Origin: Bugula neritina
Taxonomy: Eukaryota; Animalia; Bryozoa
Length of the DNA stretch: 64,000 bases
Assembly (NCBI GenBank): GCA_964035545.1
Contig: OZ037765.1
Span: 29,449,504 to 29,513,503, forward strand
Direction: 5' to 3'
Shown here: in pieces, positions 61,230 through 64,000 of the stretch
How the letters are laid out: every line of letters starts with the position of its first letter
How positions within the stretch are numbered: position 1 is the first letter of the stretch
Notes under the pieces: model-generated
Database searches by the model: none
What the model was told of the DNA's origin: nothing
What the model saw: only the letters and a program-made list of their open reading frames with translations
Made by a program: the position numbers and the translations under genes

Positions 61230-62251
61230 AAATAGTTTCGCGCCCCAACGGTCACTGAACTACCCAACCGCAATGATATAGTATGCCATGCAGCTAGCTG
61301 TCCACGGGCCCATGCGTGTTGTACAGCAAATAAGAAAGTCAGTTACGAGTGAATTATTTCACTCACCAATACCATTAGCAAGTTGGCTAGTAAAATGTGA
61401 TTTGCAAGACACACTTTTAAAATGTAATGTCTTCAATTTTGGCCTGTAAAGCCTTGTTTAATTGGTTTTGCTAGTAATATGCACTCTTTTCTTGGTATGG
61501 TTTATGAAATAATAGTCATCAAGCTCAATTACTATAGTTTGTATTCTGAAAAGTCAAGTGGTATTAGTTCTCCCAAGAAAGTGCTTGAAACATAGCTAGA
61601 CTACTTTCCATTCATCACTAATACATGCAGTTATGATGTTGATTTATTTTTCATATCGAATTTATGCTTTTTAGTGTGGAATGCAGGTTGAAAGTGACCT
61701 TGACTTTGAAAATGAATGATACTCACAAGAGCTGCCATGTTTTTTGAGACAATATTCATCTTTCTCACCTAGACGGCTGTAGCCTTACACAGTAGCCATT
61801 GAAGCAATATACATTTGCTGTAGATTAAATATCAATCTTCATTAACATCCAAACTTACATCTAGCTTTGTACTTGTGCAACTACCTTACTTATCACAGTT
61901 TATGATGTGCATTGTTTTCAACCACTATTTTTTTAAGCTAAAAAATGTCATATTTTGGCTATGTGGTGTGGATTTTAACTGCAGTTATATATTAGTGAAA
62001 AATTTTCCTAGTACACTTTCCCTGCGTAGTTGTATGACAATTTTAGTGCATTTATACATTCAACACATCTAAGTTGTATACAAGCTCACCAAAACATAAT
62101 CCCAATTTATGATTCCGCCAATGATGTGATTACATGCCTGGTATACAAATCTATAATTGGACTGCTCAGTGTATTAATAGAAACACATGACGTGATATGT
62201 TGCCGCCAATTAAGCACCTGCCAGTAGTGACGCACTCTATTTGTCATAGCG

Positions 62252-63810
62252 ATGATGGCATGTAGCATGGAAGCTGACTTCTCAGAAGGTTTCGAACCGA
62301 GGTTTGTTTTTATATGACCTATAGATATTATATAACGCTGTGCTATTTACAAGTATACATTATATGCAATAGGTTTTATATCAATAATATTTTATTAACA
62401 AATAAATTGAGGAAATATCGATAAAATTAGTTTCCCCACAATAATAACTAATAGCAATACAGTTGTATTGTTATTAGTATTATGAAAATCCTAATGGTGA
62501 TACATGTTTGGTTTAAATAACTAATAAGTAATTATGATATAATCCTGATAATAAATAATGATAATTTTAAATGTCGAAGTACTAATATGGAATACCATAT
62601 TTTTTGCATAGGTTTGTAATATTTATTCTAATTGTTTACAACTGCGTCATCACCAGTTATGAAAATTGTATTTCATGTTAGTAGTGAACTGCTTAAAGTC
62701 TTTTGATTGTACATGGCTCATTACTGCAGTTGTAGTAGTTTAATTTTAAACTAGTATGAAAGGTCATCAGGTGCTATAAAGCAAAGTAAACTCCTAGTTT
62801 TTCATAAGTTTAAATCATTATAACTTAATTAGTGCCATGCCTGTAGATGCAATGTGGTGTAACATTTACGAGATGGAAAATGCAACATATACTTTCCTAT
62901 TCACCAAAATTAATCATGGAGCGCACATTAGTAGTGCCATCTTACAGCTTACTTGAACTCAGCCGTAGAATTGGTGATGGTAGAAGAGAACTAGTAAAAC
63001 TTGTAACACTGGTCTGTGACAGGATGTTTCAAGTACTTGAATTTTAGTGAACTTTAGTTCCAGGCTTTACAAGGTCACGATATCACTGCTTCAAGTTCAA
63101 ATCCGAAATAAAAAAACTTCGATCACAAATATCACCCAACAGAATGTTTGTTAGACTTGTACCATGATGCAGCACAGAGTTTGGGGTCACTGGATGCAGT
63201 GGGGAGTTTTAGTGTTCGGACAATAATGTGTATACATGCTTCTGGAGACAGTTATTATGCCATTACATGATGGGGTTAAACAAGGGTAATTTCTGTACTT
63301 GTCACCTTCTAAGGGCCCTGCAACATGTTTATCACTGCTGCAAGCATACTCCTATTTGAATGCAAAACTATATTTATAGAGCCAGATGCTGTAATAAGTC
63401 AATTTGCAACTTTTTATTTGATTTGTCAACAACATTGATCACTTTCAACAAATAATGTTTATTACACCTTTTCATGTTTTTTAGTTTTTGTAATTTAATA
63501 AAAACTTACTTTACTAAAGTTAAACATTATGACAGTAGTGTATACATTCATTTCAGCTTTGTTACACGAAAATAGTATGTTATAATATATGTAGTTTGTA
63601 TAATGCATTTAATAGTAGGTACAGAAGAGTGTTTACGATTGCTGTACTCATAGTGAAATATCACAAGTCTTACCAGTTTGGGTATTTCAATACATAAAAT
63701 AACCATAATAAAATTGAATACATGATGAAAGGTTCATTGATTGCTTACACAATATATATTATTTTGTAGCAAGCTGTTTGCTGGAGGTTTGAGTTGGAGG
63801 ACAACAAGTG
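62252..63810 (+). CDS. 5' end of a Musashi/DAZAP1/hnRNP A-B-type RRM protein gene (continues beyond the window)
   Basis: Exon 62252(or 62267)-62301 splices in phase 2 to a 41-nt exon 63770-63810 (TTTTGTAG / GTGAGT): MMACSMEADFSEGFEPSKLFAGGLSWRTTS. KLFxGGLSW.TT is the RNP2 motif of this family's first RRM. Confidence 0.78.
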
Positions 63811-64000
63811 GTGAGTGACCTTTATAGAGTCTACATTTTGGGTACGCCATAGGTTGGGACTTACTACCACTAGGTGGAGTTGTGTTATGACCTAGAACAT
63901 ACAACTCCATTCCACTCAAATAGCTAAGAATGTTAAACAAAAAACATATTTCAACAGTTGTTAGAAATGAAGCTTTTTTCAGTTTGAATGTTTGAGAAAA

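Noticed and set aside
62847-63400. 66-aa ORF after an AG as exon 2 of the RRM gene, or a nested Cys-rich gene on the minus strand
   Set aside because: Splicing from 62301 hits a stop within five codons; minus-strand frames have several stops and no recognisable family.

Overview
AT-rich, intron-rich animal (invertebrate-like) nuclear DNA; the species cannot be assigned from the sequence alone. I reconstructed six complete multi-exon genes by hand from GT-AG boundaries and reading phase: UQCC1 (+), TUBGCP6/gamma-tubulin complex component 6 (-), ATP6V1F (-), SLC35A2-like UDP-galactose transporter (+), MPHOSPH10/Mpp10 (-) and ARMH1 (+). The first two exons of a Musashi/DAZAP1-type RRM gene lie at the right end and are absent from the ORF track. 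Accessory DNA includes a tRNA-Thr-derived SINE family, an internally deleted pogo-type transposon, MITEs, palindromes and a cluster of duplicated Mpp10 exons. The most unusual signal is in TUBGCP6, where four splice junctions are tandemly amplified. Two 3' splice-site ladders in the helical insertion region (9x33 nt, 7x42 nt) are in frame and stop-free. The two flanking a conserved GRIP1-domain exon (3x43 nt acceptor, about 20x28 nt donor) are frame-breaking. A nearby exon looks like an older, fully exonized ladder. Second is a downstream, N-terminally truncated but fully open Mpp10 paralog with an in-frame exon 4/exon 6 fusion. Gene names come from recalled protein-family motifs; no database search was run.
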